Source: Sedimentisphaerales bacterium (GTDB lineage Bacteria; Planctomycetota; Phycisphaerae; Sedimentisphaerales; Anaerobacaceae). From it: DNA of 64,000 bases. The position numbers and the translations under genes are program-made. Below the pieces are notes generated by a model that worked only from the letters and a program-made list of their open reading frames with translations, searched no databases and had not been told where the DNA came from. The DNA is taken from contig JBEKGR010000008.1 of the NCBI GenBank assembly GCA_050012695.1, positions 11,092 through 75,091 on the forward strand, read 5' to 3'. Of this stretch, positions 26,635-35,617 are shown piece after piece (position 1 is the first letter of the stretch; the number at the start of each line of letters is the position of its first letter).

Positions 26635-27066
26635 TTAATGCTCCTGCAAAACGGGCATATCGCCTGCTTTAATACTGTTGGTCGAAAAATATCTCGATAA
26701 GCGGACTTCAACCTTTTTGTTGCGGACATCGGCTCCGGCTGTCACGCTAATCAAATCCATACCTTTCCACTGGCCGGCCCCCTGCGATTTGTCGATTTTA
26801 ATAACCACGCCCGGCCACAGCCGTTTCAAATCATTGCCATTAATCGCAGCGCCGGTCGCGGCTATACTATCAAGCGTCGCCTGCGCCGCCGACACACAGC
26901 GTTGTTTTGTAAAATGATAATGGTTCAGCCGCCTGAAACCATCAAGCGATATCGCGAAGGCAACCATAATCATTCCAAGAACCGTCAGCGAGACAATCAG
27001 TTCGGTCATCATCAGGCCGCGATATTTGACACGTTTAGTAATCATTTGTTTCCGTCTTTCATACAA
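26635..27066 (-). CDS. Pseudopilin-like protein with a prepilin-type N-terminus
   Basis: KYRG/LMMTELIVSLTVLGMIMVAFAI has Glu at +5. An alternative start is at 27045. Confidence 0.55.
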   Translation of the reverse strand: MYERRKQMITKRVKYRGLMMTELIVSLTVLGMIMVAFAISLDGFRRLNHYHFTKQRCVSAAQATLDSIAATGAAINGNDLKRLWPGVVIKIDKSQGAGQWKGMDLISVTAGADVRNKKVEVRLSRYFSTNSIKAGDMPVLQEH

Positions 27067-28515
27067 TCAGGGTGCAATCGAACGCGCCGTTGCATATATT
27101 ATGGTTACTATCGGAGAAAACATAGCGTAGGCGATGAACCCAACCATCAGCCCAAGGCAAATTGTCTCACAGGGGCCTATTATGAACCTGGCCAACGTGG
27201 CCGCCCGGCTGTAACCCCAGCGATATGATGTTTCAAGCGTTTCGAGAATATCGAGAGTATTTCGATGGTTATGCACGTCTGCAAAGGCCCATGCCATTGC
27301 GCTTCCCATACCGCACTGCCGGGCTGACAGGCCTATATCGTCTCCGCGTTCAACCATTGCCAGCCAGTTTTTAACTTCTCTCCTGAAGCATTCGTTTATA
27401 TCCAGCCGGAGTGCATTGGCTATCGCCTCGTTGACGGTGCAGCCGGCATTAAGCGAAAGCCGAAGCATACCGGCTACCCGCTGCATCGCGCAACACCACG
27501 CATACCACCGTATAAAAGGCAGATGCCACTTTAAAAAATCGCCTATGCGGGAAATCAAATACGGTTTTTCAACTCGACGCGGTCTGGACCTGACGCGAAT
27601 ATAAATAATGCCGCAAACCAATAGCAACAGGCCCGACAGCAGGATAATCAACGACCCGAACCCCTTCGTAAAAAATTCAGCTATTGATATCAAAGCAATT
27701 GTTGCCGCCGGTAATTTGCCTTCGACCATCTCCATGAGGACAGATTGATACTTCGGTATGATAAATGTCATCAGCATTAACACTACAACAAACATCACAA
27801 GCAGCACTAACGGCGGATATAACAAGGGAATGTGCCTGACTTTTTTGCTGGTGTTTGCCTTTAATACCAAATCCTGCTCGAGGGCGCCAATCGCCTGCGG
27901 CACCTGGCCTATTCGCTCGCCGGCAGCCACCATCGACGTGATATAACCGGGACATTTAGGATACCCACGTCTTAAGGATTCGCTCAAAGAGTATCCCTCA
28001 ACAAGCCACTTCTTTATATTTCGAAGTGTGCCTGCTCTTTTCTCATCCTGACCTACAGCAGCCATTTCCAGCGCCATAGGCAGCGGAAGATTCTGCTTCA
28101 TACTCGCACCAATCGTGGTTATTACATAAGAAGACCTGGCCAGTTCTGATGTAGCGAACGCGCCGATTACCGCCCCTATAAACAACTGCACAAAAACCAA
28201 CCCAAATCCTCCCCAGGCGCCAAAAGCAGCAAATGCAGCAATCGTAAACAGAATCAGGACACAGGCCATCAGGACCCTTCTTGCCCAGATTCTGGCCCAT
28301 CCGGAACCCTCCCTGCGAGGACGGAAAGCAATTATCAACAGCGTAACAAAAAAAATGATAGGTGCAGATACATATATCTCCACTTCTTCGAATATAATGC
28401 CTTGAATCCACATAACAACGCTGAACAAAATGCCGGCAACAAATCCCAGACCCGGCTTATAAAAAGCAAGCACTCCAGAGGCGACCAACAATACAATTGC
28501 CAAAGCAACCAGCAT
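27067..28515 (-). CDS. GspF/PilC-family platform protein paralog with an N-terminal extension of about 125 aa and 4 TM
   Basis: Has two T2SSF-like halves (IGASMKQNLPLPMALEMAAVG...SMVAAGERIGQVPQAIGAL and LRLSLNAGCTVNEAIANALRL...). They are preceded by four hydrophobic helices that are absent from the neighbouring canonical GspF. Confidence 0.6.
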   Translation of the reverse strand: MLVALAIVLLVASGVLAFYKPGLGFVAGILFSVVMWIQGIIFEEVEIYVSAPIIFFVTLLIIAFRPRREGSGWARIWARRVLMACVLILFTIAAFAAFGAWGGFGLVFVQLFIGAVIGAFATSELARSSYVITTIGASMKQNLPLPMALEMAAVGQDEKRAGTLRNIKKWLVEGYSLSESLRRGYPKCPGYITSMVAAGERIGQVPQAIGALEQDLVLKANTSKKVRHIPLLYPPLVLLVMFVVVLMLMTFIIPKYQSVLMEMVEGKLPAATIALISIAEFFTKGFGSLIILLSGLLLLVCGIIYIRVRSRPRRVEKPYLISRIGDFLKWHLPFIRWYAWCCAMQRVAGMLRLSLNAGCTVNEAIANALRLDINECFRREVKNWLAMVERGDDIGLSARQCGMGSAMAWAFADVHNHRNTLDILETLETSYRWGYSRAATLARFIIGPCETICLGLMVGFIAYAMFSPIVTIIYATARSIAP

Positions 28516-28523
28516 AAAAATCC

Positions 28524-29729
28524 TTAACCACCAACATTAAGAACTGAAATTATCTTTATCATTGGCAAAAACATCGCCATGACGGACATCATTATAAAAA
28601 CGCCCACAACAATAATCATAACGGGCAGCAGTAATCCCTGCAGGCGAACTTGGGCACTGCGAACCTGCTGGGCATACATATCGCCCAAGCTTCGCATGTT
28701 GTCTTCCAGCTCATTTCGCTGCGAACCCAATTGAATTGAATAAAGGAAGAACCGGGGCATAACCCGGCAGAATTGGCCGGCATCAAGAATACTTACCCCT
28801 TTCTCAATTTGCCCGGCGATAATGTTACCCTCCTTTATCAGTGTTTCACTGCCCGCCGCGTCAGGCGCAAGCCGCAGGCACGTCGGCATATCGCAGCCGG
28901 CTGCAACCATCATTGCCATCGCCTCAGCCATCTTGCTCAATATGGTGCTGTGATACAAAGGCCCGAACGCGGGTATGTGTAAAATTATCGCTTCCCTGAT
29001 TCGCCGTCCTTCCGGGAATGACCGGAGAATAGTATTGATTCCAGCAATCGCGACAACCAGACAGCCAACCACCAGCCAGAAATATAAAATATGATCCGAC
29101 ATAGATAAGGCGAACTGCGTCACCATAGGCAATCCATTCCCTCCCAGCATTTCTATTAAAACATCCCTGAATTTTGGAATCAAAAACACGAGCACAAAAG
29201 TCATAATAATGGAACCCATAACAAAGACAACCGCCGGATAGGCCATCGCCTCGAATACTATCCGTCTTGTCTGGTTGGTAATCTCAATGTGCCTGTTCAA
29301 GCTCGTCAGCATTTCACTGAGCCGGCCCGTCTCTACGCCGGCCTTGAGTATCCGGCCATAGAGCGGCGGGAAATGTTCTTTCCTTTTCTCAAAGGCCCGC
29401 TCAATGCTCATTCCCGTCTCGAGGTCCAAGGCAATCGAATCTATCAGCTTGCGCATCGGCTTCGAGGCCACGTCCTTCGACAACTCTCGCAATCCTTTTT
29501 CGAGTGGGATTCCCGCTTTTGTAAGCGAGGCAAGCTGCTGATTGAAAAGCAAAAACTCGGTCCTGGCAATAGGCGTCTTGGGCCTTTCGGATTTGGCTTT
29601 TTCGAGCGAATTGACTTTGAGCTGCATCTGCTCAAGCAATTCAGATGCTTCCTGCACCGACCCGGCTTCGATAATACCTTTCATCAGCCGGTCGGAAGCC
29701 GTCATCGCACTATATTCAAAAGTCGCCAT
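28524..29729 (-). CDS. gspF: Type II secretion / type IV pilus platform protein GspF/PilC
   Basis: 401 aa with two T2SSF domains (FNQQLASLTKAGIPLEKGLREL...LKAGVETGRLSEML and MAMMVAAGCDMPTCLRL...IQLGSQRNELEDNM) and 3 TM. Confidence 0.8.
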   Translation of the reverse strand: MATFEYSAMTASDRLMKGIIEAGSVQEASELLEQMQLKVNSLEKAKSERPKTPIARTEFLLFNQQLASLTKAGIPLEKGLRELSKDVASKPMRKLIDSIALDLETGMSIERAFEKRKEHFPPLYGRILKAGVETGRLSEMLTSLNRHIEITNQTRRIVFEAMAYPAVVFVMGSIIMTFVLVFLIPKFRDVLIEMLGGNGLPMVTQFALSMSDHILYFWLVVGCLVVAIAGINTILRSFPEGRRIREAIILHIPAFGPLYHSTILSKMAEAMAMMVAAGCDMPTCLRLAPDAAGSETLIKEGNIIAGQIEKGVSILDAGQFCRVMPRFFLYSIQLGSQRNELEDNMRSLGDMYAQQVRSAQVRLQGLLLPVMIIVVGVFIMMSVMAMFLPMIKIISVLNVGG

Positions 29730-29757
29730 CCTGAATCTCCCGTCTTAAATCAACCTG

Positions 29758-30933
29758 TCAAATATCCCCTGCCGAACCGCATACCTTATCCAGCTCATCC
29801 TGTGTGGTCAGGCCATCGGCAACCAGTCGCCTGCCGTCTTCAACCATACCAGTGTGCCCTTTATTAGTCAGGACTTTCTCAATTTCATCAGTATCGGTCC
29901 TGGCGAGAATCGCTTTTCGCAACTGGCTGTCAAGCCGGACAAGCTCGGCAATCAACATCCTGCCTCTAAATCCCGTTCCAAAACAATTATCGCATCCTAC
30001 CGGTTCGTAATTGCCGGCTGTGGTCTGCTTCTTGCATTTGTCGCATAGTCGGCGGATGAGCCGTTGATTCAGAACAGCCGATATGCTTGACGTCACCTGG
30101 TATGGCTCGATACCCATCTCCAGAAGGCGTAGAATCGCCGTCGCGGCTGAGCCGCTGTGCATTGTGCTCATCAGCAGATGCCCCGTAAGGCCGGCTTCAA
30201 TTGCTATCTTCGCTGTTTCAGCATCCCGAATCTCACCTATCATCAGAACTTGGGGGTCCTGGCGAAGGAGTGAACGCAGAGCCGTCGGGAAAGTCATCGG
30301 ACCGAAAGGCGTGATTTGAACCTGGGTAACGCCGTCGAGTCGAATCTCCACAGGGTCTTCCAGAGTGACGATGCTTTTACCCGGAAATTGTTTCTGGATA
30401 TGCCGCAGAACCGCACCTAAGGTAGTGCTTTTGCCGCTGCCCGCCGGTCCGGTTACCAGCAGAACACCCTGATTAGCATAGGTGATTTGCTTCAACGCAG
30501 CATATATCTCTGGTGCGAATCCGAGTTGTCCAAGGTCTGTCAACTCGGAGTTCTGGTAGAAAATTCTTACAACGGCCCTTTGACCGTATATTGTCGGAAA
30601 TACCGAGAGCCGACGGTCAATAATATTTGTATGACCGTTATTGGTTTCCATTCGCCCTTCCTGCGGCACGTCGTTGCGATACGTCAGAAGTCCGCCCAGA
30701 ACCTTCAGGCGAGAAATCACATTGTCCGAAACGGCTTTTGGCAAAGATTCGACCGTGTTCAGCACCCCGTCAAGACGAAATTTTACTATCAGGTCTGAAC
30801 CGGTGGGTTCAAAATGAATGTCGCTGGCGCCTGTATCCACAGCTTTTGTGAGCAGTTCATCCACAAGGACGACAACATCACCCGGTTGTGTTTTTTGCTC
30901 GTAAGATTTGTTCCCATAAGGAGTTAAAGCCAT
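29758..30933 (-). CDS. gspE: GspE/PilB-family secretion ATPase, short form
   Basis: Walker A GPAGSGKST, Asp and His boxes, and the tetracysteine motif CDKCKK...CDNCFGTGFRGR. That motif is typical of GspE/PilB and not of PilT. At 391 aa it lacks the N1E-type N-terminal domain. Confidence 0.8.
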   Translation of the reverse strand: MALTPYGNKSYEQKTQPGDVVVLVDELLTKAVDTGASDIHFEPTGSDLIVKFRLDGVLNTVESLPKAVSDNVISRLKVLGGLLTYRNDVPQEGRMETNNGHTNIIDRRLSVFPTIYGQRAVVRIFYQNSELTDLGQLGFAPEIYAALKQITYANQGVLLVTGPAGSGKSTTLGAVLRHIQKQFPGKSIVTLEDPVEIRLDGVTQVQITPFGPMTFPTALRSLLRQDPQVLMIGEIRDAETAKIAIEAGLTGHLLMSTMHSGSAATAILRLLEMGIEPYQVTSSISAVLNQRLIRRLCDKCKKQTTAGNYEPVGCDNCFGTGFRGRMLIAELVRLDSQLRKAILARTDTDEIEKVLTNKGHTGMVEDGRRLVADGLTTQDELDKVCGSAGDI

Positions 30934-31102
30934 TTCCCGGTACTCCTAACAAACGTATTACCGCTTTTTTCTCCTCCCTCCTGTAGATTCAGACGCGCCG
31001 GCAGGGTCAAATGTTATTCAGAAAAATGAGATTTTTAACCATTTAGCACCGAATCGGTGTTAACATAATGTCAGGCAGCGCGTCTTAATAATCGGAGAAA
31101 TT

Positions 31103-31663
31103 ATGACTGGCAGAGCTGTCAGTATCGAGTTGTTGTGGGATATTCCAATCCCAAAAGCGTTGGAAAAAACGCAGGGTTGGGTTCTCTGCGCTATGCAGCG
31201 ACATGGCCGGGAGCTGGTTAATATGCTGTGGCGAATACTCGGCAACGAACAGGATGTCTGCGACGCATATCAGGATACGTTTCTGAAACTCGCACATCAC
31301 GAGTACGGATGCAAACCCGAAAATGTAAAGGCATATGTCTTTCGTTCGGCAAGCAACATAGCCATATCAATCCTGAGACATAAACTTGTCGAAAAGAAGC
31401 ATCTTCCGCCGGTAATAACCACACAGAACAATACTAACTCCCCCGCCAGTGAGCTTGATACACGGTATTTAACTGAGACATTAAGAGCGGGTATCACGGA
31501 GCTGCCGGATCATTTTCGTGATGTCGTAACTCTGCACGACCTCGGAGATTTGCCCTATGAGCAGGTCGCAAAGGTTATGGGAATCACGGCCGCGACCGCA
31601 AGGGTTTACAGATGCAAAGCAGTGCAGCTTCTGGCTGCGCGAATGAGAAAGGAAACAAGGTAA
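31103..31663 (+). CDS. ECF-type sigma-70 family sigma factor
   Basis: Region 2 (DVCDAYQDTFLKL) and region 4 HTH (LPYEQVAKVMGITAATARVYRCKAVQLL). It is divergent from gspE. The start may be at 31193 (MQRHGREL). Confidence 0.75.
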   Translation: MTGRAVSIELLWDIPIPKALEKTQGWVLCAMQRHGRELVNMLWRILGNEQDVCDAYQDTFLKLAHHEYGCKPENVKAYVFRSASNIAISILRHKLVEKKHLPPVITTQNNTNSPASELDTRYLTETLRAGITELPDHFRDVVTLHDLGDLPYEQVAKVMGITAATARVYRCKAVQLLAARMRKETR

Positions 31664-31667
31664 TTAT

Positions 31668-32168
31668 ATGTGGGCCTCGAAGGGGAAAAATTACTGCAGA
31701 CAACTTAGAGACCGGGCGCTTCGGCTGATGGCCAACAGTTTCAGTCCTGACCGACACTGGATACAAAATCATATTGCCGACTGCCCGCGTTGCCAGCGAC
31801 GATTGGCGCGTCTCGGCAAGGTTGAGCTTGCAATATCCATGCTAAAATCTCAGCCGCACAATCTCAATCTGCTGATGCGAGCCAATACACAGGCAATAGG
31901 TGTGCTCAAGCACTGCCTGCGAACAACTGCTAAAGCTGAACATCTCCGAAATATCCGCCCGGATATGAGCATTATCGAAAGGTGTGCCAGATATAAAAAT
32001 TCATTCACCAGCGTTGCCGCATGCATAATCATCGCCATTTTGATGAAAAACGGCGCATTTTCTTCAGCAAAAATGTTCGAAAGCAAAGGCCAGAAAGCAG
32101 TTGAGCACTACTACGCCAGCAACGCAGGCGAAGATATCGCCCGCGATATCTTCACAACAAACGCATAA
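31668..32168 (+). CDS. Zinc-finger (ZAS-type) anti-sigma factor, single-pass membrane protein
   Basis: Has the H-x3-C-x2-C motif HIADCPRCQRRL and a TM segment FTSVAACIIIAILM. It lies 4 nt after the sigma-factor gene. Confidence 0.6.
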   Translation: MWASKGKNYCRQLRDRALRLMANSFSPDRHWIQNHIADCPRCQRRLARLGKVELAISMLKSQPHNLNLLMRANTQAIGVLKHCLRTTAKAEHLRNIRPDMSIIERCARYKNSFTSVAACIIIAILMKNGAFSSAKMFESKGQKAVEHYYASNAGEDIARDIFTTNA

Positions 32169-32260
32169 TCATTTGCCCCGTGTTATCGCAATTAAAATTG
32201 ATGCTTTGCAATCTGCCGCATTAAATTAGAAAGCACAGTCAAGAATTCTCAAACAGCTTG

Positions 32261-32545
32261 TTATTTCTCGAAGTGAATACCGCAGGCAGTTTGTGTGACG
32301 TGTTCAGATTCGGTCCTTGGGTATTTTCGGCAGTTCATAGGACGCAGGTGGTAAATTTTGCAGATAGCTTTGCCCTGGGCGTCAAATTGAAGCCAGGGGC
32401 AGACATTGGGGAGTTTGCAGCATTGACCACAGCGGAGACACTGGCCCCGGCGTTTACTTGAGACAGGCAAAAAGGCGGTTACAGTCCGCTTGAATTTGGC
32501 GGCCCATGTGTTTTTTGACGAAGGTTTTACTTCTGTTATGGCCAT
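32261..32545 (-). CDS. YkgJ-family cysteine-cluster protein (CxxCxxCC, UPF0153)
   Basis: CLRCGQCCKLPNVCP...MNCRKYP matches the family's Zn/Fe-chelating motif. Confidence 0.65.
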   Translation of the reverse strand: MAITEVKPSSKNTWAAKFKRTVTAFLPVSSKRRGQCLRCGQCCKLPNVCPWLQFDAQGKAICKIYHLRPMNCRKYPRTESEHVTQTACGIHFEK

Positions 32546-32631
32546 AGTTGGGATATAAGTATAGTGATTCTGCGTGTAAATGCAATAAACAAGCGGTCAG
32601 ATGCGTCTAACTAAGTGAAAAATGGCCAATT

Positions 32632-33159
32632 ATGGCGCAGCGTGATATTGAGCAGGTAATTATAGGATGCAAGAAAGGCGACGAGGGATGCTTTACGCAA
32701 CTCGTCGATATATATGGCAGGCGATGCTTCGGATATTTCTACCGCTTGACAGGCAACAGAGATTTGAGCGAAGAATTGCTTAGCGAGCTATTTGCAAAGT
32801 TAGTGGAAAAGATAGGCAGTTACCGCGGCGGCAGCTTTGACGGGTGGGTGTTCACAATGGCATCGAACATCTTCCATGACCATTTACGGTTCAAACAGCG
32901 GCAGACGCGACTTCTGGATGAACACAGCAAACGAATAATGTCGCAATCGGCGGGTGTTTCAAGTGGAAAAAATGATGACTTCGACAAGCTGCAAATGGCG
33001 CTGGTGGAATTAGACAGCGACGTGCGGGAACTGATAATGATGAGATTTTACTCGCAGATGTCGTTCAAGGAGATTGCGGAATCAAGACGAGAACCAATCG
33101 GGACGACATTATCAAAGGTGCACCGTGGATTAAAGAAATTACGGGAGTTGATGGGATAA
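32632..33159 (+). CDS. ECF-type sigma factor
   Basis: Region 2 (FTQLVDIYGRRCFGYFYRLTGNRDLSEELLSELF) and region 4 (MSFKEIAESRREPIGTTLSKVHRGLKKL). Confidence 0.75.
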   Translation: MAQRDIEQVIIGCKKGDEGCFTQLVDIYGRRCFGYFYRLTGNRDLSEELLSELFAKLVEKIGSYRGGSFDGWVFTMASNIFHDHLRFKQRQTRLLDEHSKRIMSQSAGVSSGKNDDFDKLQMALVELDSDVRELIMMRFYSQMSFKEIAESRREPIGTTLSKVHRGLKKLRELMG

Positions 33160-33165
33160 CCATAT

Positions 33166-33681
33166 ATGAATAATTCAGTGAATGAAAATTTGAGAGAGTT
33201 GCTGGTCGGCTTCATGGATGAGGCGGCAGCCCGGCAGACGGCTGAGGATATAGAAAAGGGTGAAGAAATTCTGGGGGCGAATCAATCGCCTCAGCCGGAT
33301 GAACGGGTACTCGCCGAGGTGAAGAAAAACGTCGTGGCCGCTCTAAGACAACGGCGGACAGTCGTCTTTCAGAGAAGGATACTGATTGGCGCTGTCGCTG
33401 CGGCAGTTATTCTGATAGCGGTCATTACCCAAATGCATTATGACAACCTGCAGAACAGCCGGCAAACCAGGATAGTCGCAAGGTCGGTATCAATACCGTC
33501 ACAGGTATGGGAAGGCGCGGATGACGCGGATGTTACCGTGCTGAGGGCGGAAATAGAAAATATACAGAGTGAGTTGTCGGGGGCTCAATCTGACTCCATC
33601 AGCACCGGCGGCACAAACTCAGCCGCCGGGGATTTGGAAACAGAATTAATCGAAGTTAACGGCGATATGTGGAAAGGATAA
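33166..33681 (+). CDS. Putative anti-sigma factor (single TM)
   Basis: Assigned by position, immediately after the ECF sigma gene, and by one TM segment (ILIGAVAAAVILIAVITQM). No recognisable motif was found. Confidence 0.4.
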   Translation: MNNSVNENLRELLVGFMDEAAARQTAEDIEKGEEILGANQSPQPDERVLAEVKKNVVAALRQRRTVVFQRRILIGAVAAAVILIAVITQMHYDNLQNSRQTRIVARSVSIPSQVWEGADDADVTVLRAEIENIQSELSGAQSDSISTGGTNSAAGDLETELIEVNGDMWKG

Positions 33682-33685
33682 GGAT

Positions 33686-34621
33686 ATGAGAATAAACTTA
33701 TGGAACGCGATCTTGGTTGCGGTCTGCGTAATGGCAATGACAGGCATAACCCAGACAAAAGCGGGAGATCTCGCACAGGAAGAGCAGATTAGCGCCGCCC
33801 CGCCGGGACCTGATGGACCAATGATGGGAGGTAAAGGGCAACCTGAGCTGACGCCGGCACAGATGGACCACATATTGGCCGAGATAAAGGAGAAGAACCC
33901 TCAAGAGGCCAACGAGCTTACACAGCTAAGGCAAAAAGACCCCAATGCCTTCAGGATTGAGCTGCGAAACCATATGCGAGAGCAGTTTATGTCGCGTATG
34001 CTTGAGCAGAGAGGAACACAGCAAGGCGGACCTGCGGGGCAACAGCATGCAATGCCCGGACTTGGCGCACCGCCTAAGGCCGGGCACGATATGCCCGGAC
34101 CGGAATTTATGCGTGAAAGAATCCAGGAAAGAACCGATGAGTACCTCAAATGCCTCAAGGAAAATTACCCGGACGAAGCAACAAAGCTGGAACAACTCAA
34201 AAAAGACAATCCCGAACAGTATGTCAGAGCGTTAATGATTAGCGGGAAAAAATACGGCAGGATTTGCGATGCGGTCAAAGACGACCCGAATCTTGCAAAA
34301 GTGCTGAAACAGCAAATGGAGCTTAAAGACAAGCGAGCAGAACTGTTGAAACAAATCAGGGCTACGACTGATGAAAAGCAGAAGAAAACGCTGACCACGA
34401 ATTTAGAGCAGATTGTCGGCCAGCAGTTTGACCTGATTGTTAAGCGAAAACAAATGGCGTACGAAGACCTGACCAGGAAACTGGCGGACCTGCAAAAAGA
34501 GGTCAACCAGAGAAAGGCCGAGGTTGAGAAATGGAATGGCAAGGATTTCAAGAGTCAGAAGGTTAAGGAGCGCGTTACCGAGCTTGTCAACCAGCCGGAA
34601 AAGTTCGAGTGGGACAACTGA
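33686..34621 (+). CDS. Secreted helical-repeat protein with a His/Met/Pro-rich segment (Spy/CpxP/ZraP-like role suspected)
   Basis: Has a signal peptide. An internal repeat pairs IKEKNPQEANELTQLRQKDPNAF with LKENYPDEATKLEQLKKDNPEQY. The His/Met-rich stretch is QQHAMPGLGAPPKAGHDMPGPEFM. It is the third gene of the ECF module. Confidence 0.4.
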   Translation: MRINLWNAILVAVCVMAMTGITQTKAGDLAQEEQISAAPPGPDGPMMGGKGQPELTPAQMDHILAEIKEKNPQEANELTQLRQKDPNAFRIELRNHMREQFMSRMLEQRGTQQGGPAGQQHAMPGLGAPPKAGHDMPGPEFMRERIQERTDEYLKCLKENYPDEATKLEQLKKDNPEQYVRALMISGKKYGRICDAVKDDPNLAKVLKQQMELKDKRAELLKQIRATTDEKQKKTLTTNLEQIVGQQFDLIVKRKQMAYEDLTRKLADLQKEVNQRKAEVEKWNGKDFKSQKVKERVTELVNQPEKFEWDN

Positions 34622-34624
34622 TTG

Positions 34625-34652
34625 TAGATTGCAGATTTCAGATTATGGATTT
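34625..34652. repeat. Intergenic heptanucleotide tandem repeat (YAGATTN x4)
   Basis: tagattg cagattt cagatta tggattt. The reverse complement is AAATCYR-like, the same unit family as the in-CDS array at 48597..48631. Confidence 0.7.
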
Positions 34653-34656
34653 AAAT

Positions 34657-34694
34657 GAGGCCTTGCGAGTTATTCGCAGGGCCTCGCTGTTTTT
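34657..34694 (+). terminator. Rho-independent terminator
   Basis: GAGGCCTTGCGA-gttat-TCGCAGGGCCTC forms a 12-bp stem with one G-U pair, followed by GCTGTTTTTG. It sits between convergent genes. Confidence 0.7.
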
Positions 34695-34695
34695 G

Positions 34696-35556
34696 TTATT
34701 TACGCAGGCGTTCCTGTTCGAAATGGGTCGCTTTTTTAAGGATACGCTTTTCCGACGCGGTTAAGGATTGTATCCCATTATCGTGAACCTTCTTGAGAAT
34801 ACGGTCCACCTCGAGGCGAAGCCGGCGTTCGGATTCGATATACTTCTCCCATTTTGACGCCTTGAAGCGTAATTTAAAGTCGGTCCGCCAGGAATCTGAC
34901 AGAACATATATCGCCCCCACGGCAATACCGGCAAAATGACACGCCTCGCCGCCGGCGTTTGCGCCTTTGGAGAGAACGGTAAAAAAGGCGATACCCATCA
35001 GGATGACCGCGGCAACACGGATAGGCACAGGGAAAATAACGATAAATACGACGAAGTGCGGGAAGAGAATCGCGCAGGCGGTGAGAACGCCGAGGATTGC
35101 CCCTGACGCGCCTAACATCGGCCCGGCAGACAAAAATCCGGTCATAACCAGAAGGATAAAAAAGAGCCCCCCTGCCACGCCGCAGGAAAGGTAAAAGGTG
35201 AGAAACTTTTTGCCGCCCCACTGGCGCTCAAGCGACGGGCCTAAGAAGAACAGGCCGAGCATATTCCAGAATATGTGGCCCAGGTCCGAGTGAAGGAACT
35301 GGTAAGTAATGAGCCGCCACAGTTGGAGAGTGAGCATCGGGGTGGCAGGTATAAGGGCAAATAAACTCTTTAACGGCGTCAGCTCGTTTTTTTGGCCGGA
35401 TGAGAAAATAAAATCGATTAAGAAAACGGATACATTGATGATAAGAAGCCACATTACGACGGGAGTTAAAGAAGGAAAACCCAGGCGCATCTGCGGCGCA
35501 TATCGCGACTGCGCATCATTTTGTTCCTGGGTATAATCTCTGTCGTAAAGCCCCAT
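34696..35556 (-). CDS. Rhomboid-family intramembrane serine protease
   Basis: HSDLGHIFWNM, the catalytic GASGAI and the later AHFAGIAVG histidine, plus a C-terminal cytoplasmic tail. Confidence 0.8.
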   Translation of the reverse strand: MGLYDRDYTQEQNDAQSRYAPQMRLGFPSLTPVVMWLLIINVSVFLIDFIFSSGQKNELTPLKSLFALIPATPMLTLQLWRLITYQFLHSDLGHIFWNMLGLFFLGPSLERQWGGKKFLTFYLSCGVAGGLFFILLVMTGFLSAGPMLGASGAILGVLTACAILFPHFVVFIVIFPVPIRVAAVILMGIAFFTVLSKGANAGGEACHFAGIAVGAIYVLSDSWRTDFKLRFKASKWEKYIESERRLRLEVDRILKKVHDNGIQSLTASEKRILKKATHFEQERLRK

Positions 35557-35617
35557 AGTATCCTTAAGAAAACAGTTGTTACTATTATATCAAAAGCCCG
35601 TGAATCATTCAGAAAAA

